Of a stretch of DNA of 64,000 bases, positions 38,266 through 48,170 are shown piece after piece. Numbering within the stretch: position 1 is the first letter of the stretch; every line of letters starts with the position of its first letter. The position numbers were made by a program, and so were the translations under genes. Source of the DNA: Chthonomonadales bacterium (lineage in GTDB: Bacteria > Armatimonadota > Chthonomonadetes > Chthonomonadales > Chthonomonadaceae); NCBI GenBank assembly GCA_038211235.1, contig JBBQVV010000001.1, forward strand, positions 12,893 to 76,892, written 5' to 3'. The notes beneath the pieces were generated by a model that was not told the origin of the DNA, ran no database searches, and saw only the letters and a list, made by a program, of their open reading frames with translations.

Positions 38266-38949
38266 TTAATCAGGTGTTGGCCCTAGACCATGTTGTGCCG
38301 CCCACACCGCGGCCTGGACACGGTCAGACACGCCTAGTTTGCTGATAATGTGCTCTACGTGCGTCTTAACGGTACTCTCGGCGATGAACAGGATGGCTCC
38401 AAGGTCGCGGTTCGTGAGACCGGTCGCCAGCAGTCGAAGCACCTCCTGCTCGCGGTCGGTCAACGGCTCGATCAGGTCCGCCGATCCAGCAGCCATTTCA
38501 CTCACACCTCTCAGCGATCGGATAAGGTCCTCTCGTGTCAGCAGCGTCTCTCCACTTGCCACGGTTCGCAACGCCTCCAGCATCTCGTCCTGGTCGACGC
38601 CCTTAAGGAGGTACCCCGCCGCGCCGCCGGCGACGGCCCGCGCCATATAGGTCGGGTTGTCGTACGTCGTCAGCATCACGACCGCCATCCGCGGATGTTC
38701 CTCCTTGAGCGCAACGAGGGCGCCCAGACCGTCTCCGCCGGCCATGCGGATATCAAGCAAGGCCATGCGCGGATGGACTTGGCGGGCAACGTCGAGCGCT
38801 TCTCGCCCCGATGCCGCCTCGCCAACCACCTCAAACTCGGTATCCTCCAGCATACTTCGCACGCCTCCGCGCCAGATCGCGTGATCATCTACCAGCATTA
38901 TCGAAATCTGGCCGGTCTGGCTGTTGTCGACTATGGCGCACTCGCTCAT
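38266..38949 (-). CDS. NarL/LuxR-family response regulator
   Basis: REC domain (MLVDDH, LLDIRM) plus a LuxR HTH (LTDREQEVLRLLATGLTNRDLG...STVKTHV). Confidence 0.9.
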   Translation of the reverse strand: MSECAIVDNSQTGQISIMLVDDHAIWRGGVRSMLEDTEFEVVGEAASGREALDVARQVHPRMALLDIRMAGGDGLGALVALKEEHPRMAVVMLTTYDNPTYMARAVAGGAAGYLLKGVDQDEMLEALRTVASGETLLTREDLIRSLRGVSEMAAGSADLIEPLTDREQEVLRLLATGLTNRDLGAILFIAESTVKTHVEHIISKLGVSDRVQAAVWAAQHGLGPTPD

Positions 38950-40571
38950 ATCGTCCCGTCTCCTTCGGTTTCCGACGCGTCCAGCGCCGGCAGTACGGCG
39001 CGGACGAGGGTACCCTGTCCAGGCCTGCTCGTGAGAAAATAGGCGCCCCCAAGCAGATGCGCACGCTCATGCATACTCTGCAGGCCGACGTGAGCTGGAT
39101 CGGCCGAGCGCTGCTCCGGAACAAATCCGCAGCCCCAGTCCTGTATTTCCAGCTCGAGGTGGCTCGCCTTTATGCCCGTCAGCGGCGCAGCGAGCAAGGT
39201 TAGCCGAACTCGATCTGCCTGGGCATGCTTGCGCACATTCGTGAGAGCCTCCTGCGCCACGCGATATACCGTCGTTTCCACGTTCTTGTGGTACCTGCGA
39301 CCCGCAACGTTGTGTACGAATTCGGCCTCTTGCCAATTCGCACGAGCCTTCTCTTCCGTGATAAGCTGTTCCAGGGCGCCGGCCAGACCCAGATCGTCGA
39401 GAGCGAGCGAGCGGAGTCCATTTACCAGGCGGCGCGACTCTACGACCGCATCCTTCAGGTATCGTATTCCCTGATCCAGCTCTCTGGTTGCTCGTTCGTG
39501 TTTACCGGCTTGATGTGCCCGGCGAAACGCCTCGATGTGTGCGTGCGACGCCATCACGAACTGCGTAAGTCCATCGTGCAAGTCGTATGCTACGGCGCGG
39601 CGCTCCTCCTCTTGTGCCGCAATGAGACCGCTGATGAGCGCCCGTTGGCGCCCCAGGAGTTGAAGGTTGTGGATGGCGACCGCTGCGTGCGCGCCGAGCG
39701 CTTGAACCGCGACCTCATCGGCTTCCGTAAATGCTCCGCCGCCCTCTTTATTTGTCAGGTACAGACTGCCCAGTACGGTTTCGCCACGGCGGAGGGGAAT
39801 ACCAAGGAAGCTTCTCATGGGAGGGTGGTTAGGTGGGAAGCCTACAAAGTTCGGGTGTTCCGAAAGCGAGTCGATGCGCATCGGTTCGGTTCGATTGAGG
39901 AGCAATCCTAGAACTCCGGCCCCGCTTGGCCGCTGACCGATCACGGCCTCCTCCTCAGGTGTCAGGCCCGTGGTCACAAACTCCTGTAGGCCGGGGGCGT
40001 TCTGCCGCGCTACGCCGAGCGCGGCATATTGGGCGCCCGAGAGCGCCCTGGCTGCCTCCGCGATGTGAAGGAGCGCCTCGTTGCCGGTGCGACTCGCCAA
40101 TATGTCGAGCGCGACGCGGTTAGCCGTCTCCATCACCAGCGCACGATCAACGGCGCTATGCTGCAGCAACCGCAACGTCCTCGCGGTCTGCTGGCGGCCC
40201 GTAATATCGCGCGCGATCGTGATGGCTCCGACGATCCTTCCGGTCGCATCTCGCGCGGGCCACACCGTTAACGAGATTTCGAGTCGCGTCCCGTCTTTAG
40301 CCTGGCGCACCGTTTCTTGATGGTCGACGCGCTCTCCGTGTTGGATCTGCTGAAGGACCTCATCCGGCTCATGCTTGCGGTCGTGAGGAACGAGCAGGGT
40401 TACCGGGCTGCCAATCGCCTCTTCGGCCGTATAGCCGTAGATGCGCTCCGCCCCGCGATTCCATGACCGTATGATGTTGTCGAGGTCCTTGCATATGATC
40501 GCATCATCGGACATCTCGAACACCATGGACACATCGAATTCTGCAGCATCGTGACAATCCATGCCTGGCAA
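38946..40571 (-). CDS. PAS-GAF sensor histidine kinase (HisKA_3 / HATPase_c)
   Basis: 541 aa. A PAS domain (IRSWNRGAERIYGYTAEEAIG), a GAF core, the H-box AYDLHDGLTQ and an ATPase tail are present. ATGA overlap with the regulator gene. Confidence 0.9.
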   Translation of the reverse strand: MPGMDCHDAAEFDVSMVFEMSDDAIICKDLDNIIRSWNRGAERIYGYTAEEAIGSPVTLLVPHDRKHEPDEVLQQIQHGERVDHQETVRQAKDGTRLEISLTVWPARDATGRIVGAITIARDITGRQQTARTLRLLQHSAVDRALVMETANRVALDILASRTGNEALLHIAEAARALSGAQYAALGVARQNAPGLQEFVTTGLTPEEEAVIGQRPSGAGVLGLLLNRTEPMRIDSLSEHPNFVGFPPNHPPMRSFLGIPLRRGETVLGSLYLTNKEGGGAFTEADEVAVQALGAHAAVAIHNLQLLGRQRALISGLIAAQEEERRAVAYDLHDGLTQFVMASHAHIEAFRRAHQAGKHERATRELDQGIRYLKDAVVESRRLVNGLRSLALDDLGLAGALEQLITEEKARANWQEAEFVHNVAGRRYHKNVETTVYRVAQEALTNVRKHAQADRVRLTLLAAPLTGIKASHLELEIQDWGCGFVPEQRSADPAHVGLQSMHERAHLLGGAYFLTSRPGQGTLVRAVLPALDASETEGDGTI

Positions 40572-40991
40572 TGATTCACTCTCGTTTTCAATGGTCGCAG
40601 CAAGATCGAGTTACAGAAACGCGACTCAGAATTTGCGATCAGGCGCTCGATTCCCTTCACCTGCCGGCCAGAAATAGTGCACTTCACTGTCCCGGGATCG
40701 ATTCTCCATGGCAAATCGAATGCGGAGCTGTTTGCATCATGAGCCCTACTGCAGAAATCATGTTGCCCCTTTGGCGGTCGCGCCGCTGCTAAATGGGTGA
40801 TTCCGTTAGCCTGGAAATACAATCCGCCAGATCGTGGATGACTTCTGCGCGGTTCAGGCGTACACTTTGTCCGCGCCCTCAGGCTGTCAGGCACACAGAT
40901 CGGCGAGGGAACGGCTGGCCACCCGACTGTTGTCTACGTCGAAAGTCTGGCGGATCGAAATCGGCGGCAACAAGCATGTTGGAGTCCACAA

Positions 40992-42908
40992 TTGATGCTT
41001 GACATCGCAAATAGGCATTTCTCGAGATTACCAGTACCGCGAACAGGCACAGGGATCACTCTGGCGCACAACGCAGTTGCACTCCTTGCCGTGGTAGGCA
41101 TCACGGTTCACTTGATTTTGCGCTACAGTCTCCACTCCAATCTCAAACCTGGAGCGGTCTCGCTCTCAGAGCTGCCACTGATCGGCGTGTTGATTCTAGG
41201 CGGTATTCCCCTCGTCGCATTGCTCGGCGCAAAACTGCTCCGCGGAGAGTTCGGCTCCGACCTTCTCGCCGGTATCAGTATCGTGACCTCGGTGTTGCTT
41301 CGTGAGTATCTGGCAGGGGCTATCGTGGTACTGATGCTCTCAGGGGGAACGGCGTTGGAGGCGTATGCCACGCGGAGCGCCTCGTCCGTCCTTGCCGCGC
41401 TCGCGAAAAGGATGCCCACTATCGCTCACCTCAGACAAGGTGACCGTGTTGTCGAGGTGCCGGTCGCTGACATATCGGTTGGAGACATCGTGATCGTGTT
41501 CCCGCATGCGCTCTGTCCCGTAGACGGGACCGTTATCGAGGGGCGCGGCGCCATGGATGAGTCCTACCTCACGGGTGAGCCCTATCGAGTCTCAAAAGCG
41601 CCGGGGACGACCGTTCTGTCCGGCGCGATCAACGGAGAGGCCGCGCTCACAATTAGCTGCGATCGACCAGCAACCGACTCGAGATATGCCAGGATCATGC
41701 AGGTCATGCGCGATTCCGAACAGCGCAGACCTCGCTTGAGACGACTGGGCGACCAACTTGGAGCCTGGTACACTCCGGTCGCGGTGTCGATCGGTATTGC
41801 GGCGTGGAGCGTTACGGGAGATCCGGTCCGCTTCCTCGCGGTAATGGTCGTTGCGACACCATGCCCACTGTTGATCGCTATCCCGATAGCCATCATTGGA
41901 TCCATCTCCCTGGCCGCGCGGCTGGGGATCATCATTAAAGATCCGGCCGTGCTCGAGAATATCAGCGCCTGTCGAACGGCCATCTTTGATAAGACCGGTA
42001 CGTTGACATATGGACGACCGAAGTTGAGCGAACTTCTGTCTGCTCCCGGTTTCGATGCGGAAGCGGTGCTCGGACTCGTCGCCAGCCTGGAACGCTACTC
42101 CAAACATCCGCTCTCCAGCGCCGTCATGGAAGCGGCCGCCAGTGCCGGCACCGAGCTTCGAGAGGCATCCAGGGTAACGGAGACGCCGGGCGAGGGAATG
42201 CACGGAACGGTCGGCGGGCAATGCGTCGTGGTCACCGGTCGTACGCAGCTCGCAAAGGACTTCCCGGACCTCATCGGATTGCTTCCACCGGTTGCACCCG
42301 GAATGGAGTGCATCATCATTGTCGACGGGGTGTACGGGGCAACGATGCAGTTTCGCGACGAGCCGCGACGAGAGGGCGCGCGGTTTATCCGCCACCTGGC
42401 GCCGAAACATCACGTGCGGAGACTGATGCTAGTCTCAGGGGATCGAGAGACGGAAGTGGCGTATCTGGCGGAGCGCGTGGGCATCAAAGAGGTGTATTCC
42501 GGACAGAGCCCTGAGCAGAAGGTTGCGATCGTGCGGGCTGAGACAGAGAGAGCGCCGACGGTATTCCTCGGAGATGGCATAAACGACGCGCCAGCCTTGA
42601 CGGCGGCGACAGTGGGGATCGCCTTTGGCAACAACAGTGAGATCACGGGCGAGGCAGCCGACGCCGTAATCATGGACAGCTCGCTTGAGAAGGTGGATGT
42701 GCTGCTTCACGTCGGTCGGCGCATGCGCGGCATCGCACTGCAAAGCGCCGTCGGAGGAATGGCACTAAGCCTGATAGGTATGGTGCTTGCCGCCACAGGC
42801 CACTTGACGCCGGTAGCAGGTGCGGTGAGCCAGGAGGTCATCGACGTCCTCGCCGTGCTCAACGCCCTGCGTGCCGCGTTGCCACCTAGCGCGTTGTCCG
42901 ATTACTGA
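40992..42908 (+). CDS. P1B-type heavy-metal P-type ATPase, PCP-motif class, no N-terminal metal-binding domain
   Basis: 638 aa with ATPCPLLIA in the transmembrane region, FDKTGTLT and GDGINDAP. No CxxC ferredoxin-like domain is visible. Confidence 0.9.
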   Translation: MMLDIANRHFSRLPVPRTGTGITLAHNAVALLAVVGITVHLILRYSLHSNLKPGAVSLSELPLIGVLILGGIPLVALLGAKLLRGEFGSDLLAGISIVTSVLLREYLAGAIVVLMLSGGTALEAYATRSASSVLAALAKRMPTIAHLRQGDRVVEVPVADISVGDIVIVFPHALCPVDGTVIEGRGAMDESYLTGEPYRVSKAPGTTVLSGAINGEAALTISCDRPATDSRYARIMQVMRDSEQRRPRLRRLGDQLGAWYTPVAVSIGIAAWSVTGDPVRFLAVMVVATPCPLLIAIPIAIIGSISLAARLGIIIKDPAVLENISACRTAIFDKTGTLTYGRPKLSELLSAPGFDAEAVLGLVASLERYSKHPLSSAVMEAAASAGTELREASRVTETPGEGMHGTVGGQCVVVTGRTQLAKDFPDLIGLLPPVAPGMECIIIVDGVYGATMQFRDEPRREGARFIRHLAPKHHVRRLMLVSGDRETEVAYLAERVGIKEVYSGQSPEQKVAIVRAETERAPTVFLGDGINDAPALTAATVGIAFGNNSEITGEAADAVIMDSSLEKVDVLLHVGRRMRGIALQSAVGGMALSLIGMVLAATGHLTPVAGAVSQEVIDVLAVLNALRAALPPSALSDY

Positions 42909-43956
42909 GTCGCGAGATCGTGAAACTCGCCGTGCTCCCCGGAGAGTGCGCGAACTTGTTGGCGGATCCGGCAAGCGCGTTACGGCGCCGCGTCGTCGGC
43001 TCCTCTTGCTCCGGTCTCCGATCCATCCGCGGGAACGTACGCATGGCCTCTTGCAGATGAACCAGTCCGCGTGCCGCGGCCGGGGCGCCGGTTTCCTGGA
43101 GGTCGTCAAATCGCATATCGAGCACGTGAAGTTTGCAATAGGTGAGTTTGCCTTCAGGCAAGATCCACGCCGCCACTCCTTTTTTTGGTATCATCATCCC
43201 ATTGACCGGCGTATAGGCGCCATAATTACAGACCCAGGGAGTCATCTCGGACTTGCCTTCGACGTCGCGATACCGTTCGGGAGTGTATGCGCTGAGAATC
43301 TCACCGTGATCACCGAACCGGAATACCAGCGATACGGACAAAGAGCCATCCGTCAGTGTGGCGCGCGCGGCCCTATCGTCGACGGCGTCCCAGACAACTC
43401 CCTGGCTGGGCAACAGCGCCGTAGGCAGCCAGGCTGCCTCAGCCAGGTACCGATGCAAGGCTCCCAACGCAAGCTCTCGGGTGCCACGCTGATCCATGAC
43501 TGGAATGAGTGATGCAATCCTGGCGAGCAGCGCTCCAACTCCTGCGATATAGCTGTCTCGTACTTGGACCGCTACAAACGGGGCGAGCCGGATTCGCGCA
43601 TCCCATAGGAACGCCGGTGGGTGCGAGGCAAAGTGCTGGACGGCCGTAAACGGGCTCCAAATGGCATCGAATCCGCCTGCGCGAAACACACCCGTCTGGA
43701 CGATTCGGGACCTTCGTACGAGCATTTGCCCCAACGTCAGGGCGAACGTGAAATATCGCTGCACGGGGGCCGGCAGCAGTGCCACCTCTGAGGGAGTAAA
43801 CTCACGTTCGGGCGACGCGATCGCGGAAGCGTTGAGCCTCGCGACAGCCTGTGCCGTGGCCCGACGCCACCGGACCGCTCCAACGGCGATCGCGGCGGCC
43901 GCGCTCACCACAGCGCCACCGGTCACCGCTGCGACTCCCGACTTCCATGGTTTCAT
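42886..43956 (-). CDS. Membrane-anchored hypothetical protein
   Basis: 356 aa with an N-terminal TM segment and [10 protein letters not shown]...[10 protein letters not shown] recall a similar family as DUF6544 (unverified). Its 3' end overlaps the ATPase gene by 23 nt, convergently. Confidence 0.55.
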   Translation of the reverse strand: MKPWKSGVAAVTGGAVVSAAAAIAVGAVRWRRATAQAVARLNASAIASPEREFTPSEVALLPAPVQRYFTFALTLGQMLVRRSRIVQTGVFRAGGFDAIWSPFTAVQHFASHPPAFLWDARIRLAPFVAVQVRDSYIAGVGALLARIASLIPVMDQRGTRELALGALHRYLAEAAWLPTALLPSQGVVWDAVDDRAARATLTDGSLSVSLVFRFGDHGEILSAYTPERYRDVEGKSEMTPWVCNYGAYTPVNGMMIPKKGVAAWILPEGKLTYCKLHVLDMRFDDLQETGAPAAARGLVHLQEAMRTFPRMDRRPEQEEPTTRRRNALAGSANKFAHSPGSTASFTISRLSNRTTR

Positions 43957-44022
43957 AGCTCACTCCGTAACTTTCCAGGACGCGACTGAACCAGCTTCCC
44001 AAGCGGGCGCCCGTGTGCAAGT

Positions 44023-44931
44023 CTAGCGCACCACCATTACAGGACTGTCGGCCCGGTGAACGACGCGGTTGGAGACACTCCCCAAAAGCATGCGCTGATA
44101 ACCTCGCAGACCGCGGCTGCCAATTACGATGAGATCCGCACGGTGTTGGTCGGCGAATTTCAGAATCGTTTCCTCAGGTTTGCCGTCCTCCTGAACATAT
44201 GTACAGTGGACGCCTGCTTCCTTCGCCAACTCCCGGACCGGCTGTGCCACATACTCCAACCATTGTTTGGCATAGATCCCGATCTCGGACGTGCTGATCG
44301 GAGCGTCGACCTGCCCCGGCGCAGTTACCGAGTACAGGTCCTCATAGGCATTGAGTACTGTGAGCGTTGTACCAGCCATCTTGGCCATTTCAACCGCGTA
44401 ACTGGCGGCTCTCTGCGCGCACGGTGATCCATCGGACGCGAGAAGGACGTTGCGGAATGTTCCGGTATGGCATGGTGTGTTTTCTCCTCGAACGATCAGG
44501 ACGGGACATGTGGCATGGTGGAGCACTCCGCTTGATACGCTGCCAAGAAACAGCTCGCTGACACCCGTCAAGCCCCGGCTGCCGACAATAATCAGATCCA
44601 CGTTGTCGCGTTCCGCCACACGCAGGATCGTATCTACCTCCGGCTCGAATCCGACCTCGTGCAGGAACTGAATCGGGATCTTGAGTGATTCGAACACGCG
44701 CCGGACACTCTGTTCAATGGCTCCCCTAGAGTCCGCGGCGGCTCGATCCATGGCATCCTGCTCTATAGTCAGTCCCCACGGCCCGACGTCCGCCAGATCT
44801 GCAACAGGGAAGCGAAACACGTGCAGGGCTAGAACCTTAGAGCCGAAGCTCCGAGCAATCGAGGCTGCCGAATGGGCGGCGTCAATCGCGCTCTCTGAGC
44901 CATCGACGCCCACGAGGATGTTGTTAAACAT
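44023..44931 (-). CDS. Tandem-domain universal stress protein
   Basis: 302 aa with two USP repeats (IIVGSRGLTG...HHATCPVLIV and IVIGSRGLRG...HRADSPVMVV). Confidence 0.9.
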   Translation of the reverse strand: MFNNILVGVDGSESAIDAAHSAASIARSFGSKVLALHVFRFPVADLADVGPWGLTIEQDAMDRAAADSRGAIEQSVRRVFESLKIPIQFLHEVGFEPEVDTILRVAERDNVDLIIVGSRGLTGVSELFLGSVSSGVLHHATCPVLIVRGENTPCHTGTFRNVLLASDGSPCAQRAASYAVEMAKMAGTTLTVLNAYEDLYSVTAPGQVDAPISTSEIGIYAKQWLEYVAQPVRELAKEAGVHCTYVQEDGKPEETILKFADQHRADLIVIGSRGLRGYQRMLLGSVSNRVVHRADSPVMVVR

Positions 44932-45562
44932 GGTTTGTCTCCCGAAGCGTTCGCTTGCAAGCGCCAGGCGGCTTCTCGAAGCGTGGACGTTTGGACGCGA
45001 ACGGTGAAACGCTAGCCGCGTATGGGCAGGCGCGATGTTCGCCAGTCACTGAGTGGCCTGTTGCAACGATTATGGATGCAGTTCGGCGAGACAGCATCCG
45101 CGAAGTGGCGGATTTCACGCCGGATTTGTCCTGGCGGTCTTGTCATTGAAGCCCGCCTCCATCGAAATGCGGCTGTTGTCAAGTCCATTGTCCTGCACGA
45201 CAATGACGCAGCTGTGATAAGACAGCGCTACTTTGCTCGGATTACGTGACGAGCCTTCCAGCAACAGTCTTCATTTCGGATTCCTGTTAAGGCGCCGATT
45301 CGCCCAATGAACTCTTTGTGCTAGTGTAGGGTGGATCTCCTGGAGACATCCACCAACGTAGAATACGCCGTTCCGCCGATGCGAACGTTTAGTCCGTCCG
45401 TATACAATTAATCGTATCTCTTCGCAATGGTGGCCGGATGTGAGGGCGCAATTGAGGCGGGAGCGTAGAGGCCCCGGTTCAAACCAGAATGCGATCCGTA
45501 GTCCGATCAGTCACCACCCGGCAAATCGCGCGTTGAGAGCTAGTTATCGGAGGTAGCGACAC

Positions 45563-45871
45563 ATGAATGCACTCGACGTGATGTTGCCGGTTCAATCCCG
45601 TGTTCAGGAGGAGGCCCTCTTCCTGGCCGGTGAACGCGTGAAGCCGGGCGTGTACCGCAATATTGTTACCCGAAGCGAGATCGTGATCGCAGAGGAAGAC
45701 TATCTGCCGGCTACATGTGATGGACAGGTGGCGTGCTACGCGATCGCTCTCCACTTGCTGCCGACGGACTCACCGATGCCGGCGTCCGACGAGCCGGGCA
45801 ACCTCGAACGCACATCAAACGATCGCCGCGCAGAGTCAGCAAGCAATACGAGGTCCATAGAGAATTCTTAG
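45563..45871 (+). CDS. Small hypothetical protein
   Basis: 102 aa. GGAGG lies 8 nt upstream of the ATG. No recognisable motif. Confidence 0.4.
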   Translation: MNALDVMLPVQSRVQEEALFLAGERVKPGVYRNIVTRSEIVIAEEDYLPATCDGQVACYAIALHLLPTDSPMPASDEPGNLERTSNDRRAESASNTRSIENS

Positions 45872-45913
45872 GCCGCAATCGCTGCAGCCTGACGCGCCTG
45901 CTGCACGCATTGA

Positions 45914-47245
45914 TCAGGAGGAGTAGGTCCTGCCGTCGTTGGGCACTAGATGACGCTCGCGCGCCGCAGCGGCAAGCTTGTCGCGAAACTCAGGATGGGC
46001 GATACGGATGAGATCGATTGCGCGATCGCGGATGCACTTCCCGTGCAGGTATGCGCTTCCCCATTCTGTGACGACATAGTGAACATCACCTCGCGAGGTG
46101 ACCACTCCCGCCCCCGGCTTCAGCGTGGAAACGATCCTGGACCTGGTCGTCCCATCGTGCAGCGTAGCCGTTGAGGGAAGCACCATGATCGGTTTCCCGC
46201 CTCTGCTGCGGGCGGCGCCTCGCATGAAATCGACCTGGCCACCTATGCCGCTGTAGAAGCGCTCGCCAATCGAGTCGGCACACACCTGGCCGGTCAGGTC
46301 CACCTCAATTGCGCCATTTATAGCGACCATGTTATCGTTGCGCGCGATAATGAATGGGTCGTTCACATACTCCGTCGGCAGGAACGAAATGGCCGGGTTA
46401 TTATCGACGAAATCGTAAAGCGCGCGTGTGCCCATGCAGAAGGAGGTCACGATCTTCCCGTAGCGCAGCGATTTTCGGCGTCCCGTGATCACGCCGGCGT
46501 CCACGAGTTTCAACACGCCGTCGCTGAACATCTCGGTGTGGATCCCGAGGTCGCGTTTGGACAGCAAACAGTCCAGGACCGCGTCCGGAATGGCTCCGAT
46601 GCCCATCTGGAGTGTGGCGCCATCTTCGATGAGGTCCGCAACGTGACGGCCGATCTGGCGTGACGTGTCGGTTTGGGCCTGAGGGGTCAGCTCCAACAGA
46701 GGTGTATCGCTCTGAACGAAGCTGTCGATTCGGCTGACATGAATGAAGCTGTCGCCAAGAGTGCGCGGCATATGCGGATTGATCTCGGCGATGATGTGAC
46801 GCGCGCTCTCCACCGCGGCCTTCACGACGTCCACCGAGACTCCCAGGCCGCAGTAGCCGTGCGCGTCCGGTGGCGATAACATTACGAGCGCATGGTCGAG
46901 CGGTAGCTGCCCATTGCGAAACAGCGCCGGGATTTCGGACAGGAAGATCGGAGTATAGTCGGCCCGACAGGCGTTGACTGCCTCACGGACGTTGGCGCCG
47001 ATGAAAAACGTATTGTGCCGAAAACGACCTTGAAACTCAGCCAGTGAGTATGGCGCTGTGCCCATGGTCATGATGCTGACGATTTCGGCGCGATTCAGAC
47101 AGCTCTCCGTACTGGTCAGCGCGTCGACCAAAGCCTGTGGCTCCGCGGCATTACTGCCTACAAAGATGCGCTCACCTGACCGGATGGCAGCGATTGCCTC
47201 CGCCGCGCTCATGGTGCGGTTTTCGAAGTGTACCTTCCAACTCAC
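45914..47245 (-). CDS. Acetyl-CoA hydrolase/transferase family protein (4-hydroxybutyrate CoA-transferase-like)
   Basis: 443 aa. SAAEAIAAIRSGERIFVGSNAAEPQAL and later GIGGQVDFMRGA are present. Confidence 0.9.
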   Translation of the reverse strand: MSWKVHFENRTMSAAEAIAAIRSGERIFVGSNAAEPQALVDALTSTESCLNRAEIVSIMTMGTAPYSLAEFQGRFRHNTFFIGANVREAVNACRADYTPIFLSEIPALFRNGQLPLDHALVMLSPPDAHGYCGLGVSVDVVKAAVESARHIIAEINPHMPRTLGDSFIHVSRIDSFVQSDTPLLELTPQAQTDTSRQIGRHVADLIEDGATLQMGIGAIPDAVLDCLLSKRDLGIHTEMFSDGVLKLVDAGVITGRRKSLRYGKIVTSFCMGTRALYDFVDNNPAISFLPTEYVNDPFIIARNDNMVAINGAIEVDLTGQVCADSIGERFYSGIGGQVDFMRGAARSRGGKPIMVLPSTATLHDGTTRSRIVSTLKPGAGVVTSRGDVHYVVTEWGSAYLHGKCIRDRAIDLIRIAHPEFRDKLAAAARERHLVPNDGRTYSS

Positions 47246-47672
47246 GCGTTACCGTCTCCTCTTCTTCCAATTGCAATGATCTAACTTCGGCTTGGTTCTA
47301 GCCAGCCTCATTATGACGATCTCGGACCGTTTGGTACATCCTCGGAACGGCGGATTGCGCGATCCAGAGCCAGGAGATTCCTACGCGGCCACAGGACGTG
47401 CAGCCACGAGTGCGGCGAGCACGATCCGTCCAAGCAAACAGCTTTTGTAGTTAGACCAGGGCCGGCACGGCGGTGAATCGTGTATCAGATAATATTCATG
47501 TGCGGCTTAAGGTGAACACAATCATATAACTTAAGGTATAGTACGACAACGCTTTGATGTGCGGATGCAGATTCGGAGAAGAGTCTACAAACATTTCGAT
47601 GTGCTGTAGTTCACCATTCCTTCCGTACCGCCGAGGCACATGCCAATCTGCGAGAAGAGGATGATCGGACAT

Positions 47673-48074
47673 ATGCAAGACAAGCGACCGGTTGCTCCAA
47701 CGGACAGTACTGGCGCCCTGGCGCTACTGTTGGTGGCGCTCTGTGCGGGCCTTTTCGCGACGTCCCTTGTGGCGGCGCAAAAATCAAAGTCAGGCAAGAA
47801 GCCAAACGCCGCCTCAATCACGGCAGGTAAGAAGGTTTACGAGCAATTCAAGTGCGCGAACTGCCACGCCATCTCGGGAATTGGCGGCAAATCGGGACCT
47901 GACCTCAGCAACGAAGGGGCGAGTTCGAAACACTCGCCACAATGGCTCGAGTCGGAGATCAAGGATCCCAAGTCGCACAAAGCCGACTCGGCTATGCCCG
48001 CGTTCGGCGATAAGATCCATGGCGCCGCACTTTCCGACCTCGCGGCTTTCATGTGCAGCCTGAAAAAGAAGTAA
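47673..48074 (+). CDS. Secreted monohaem class-I cytochrome c
   Basis: Signal peptide ALALLLVALCAGLFATSLVAAQ, haem site CANCH and a distal Met context DSAMPAF. Confidence 0.8.
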   Translation: MQDKRPVAPTDSTGALALLLVALCAGLFATSLVAAQKSKSGKKPNAASITAGKKVYEQFKCANCHAISGIGGKSGPDLSNEGASSKHSPQWLESEIKDPKSHKADSAMPAFGDKIHGAALSDLAAFMCSLKKK

Positions 48075-48170
48075 GAGACCACTTCTGACTGCAAGACTAT
48101 TCAGCTCTTGGCGGCTGCGGTGGGCCTGCCCGGCCCGTGTGTGGAGATCTGTGCACAGATTGGGAGACCG

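Noticed and set aside
45440-45500. tRNA-like GGTTCAAAC sequence in the USP upstream region
   Set aside because: I could not fold the flanks into a T-arm or acceptor stem, and there is no anticodon-arm or D-arm pattern.
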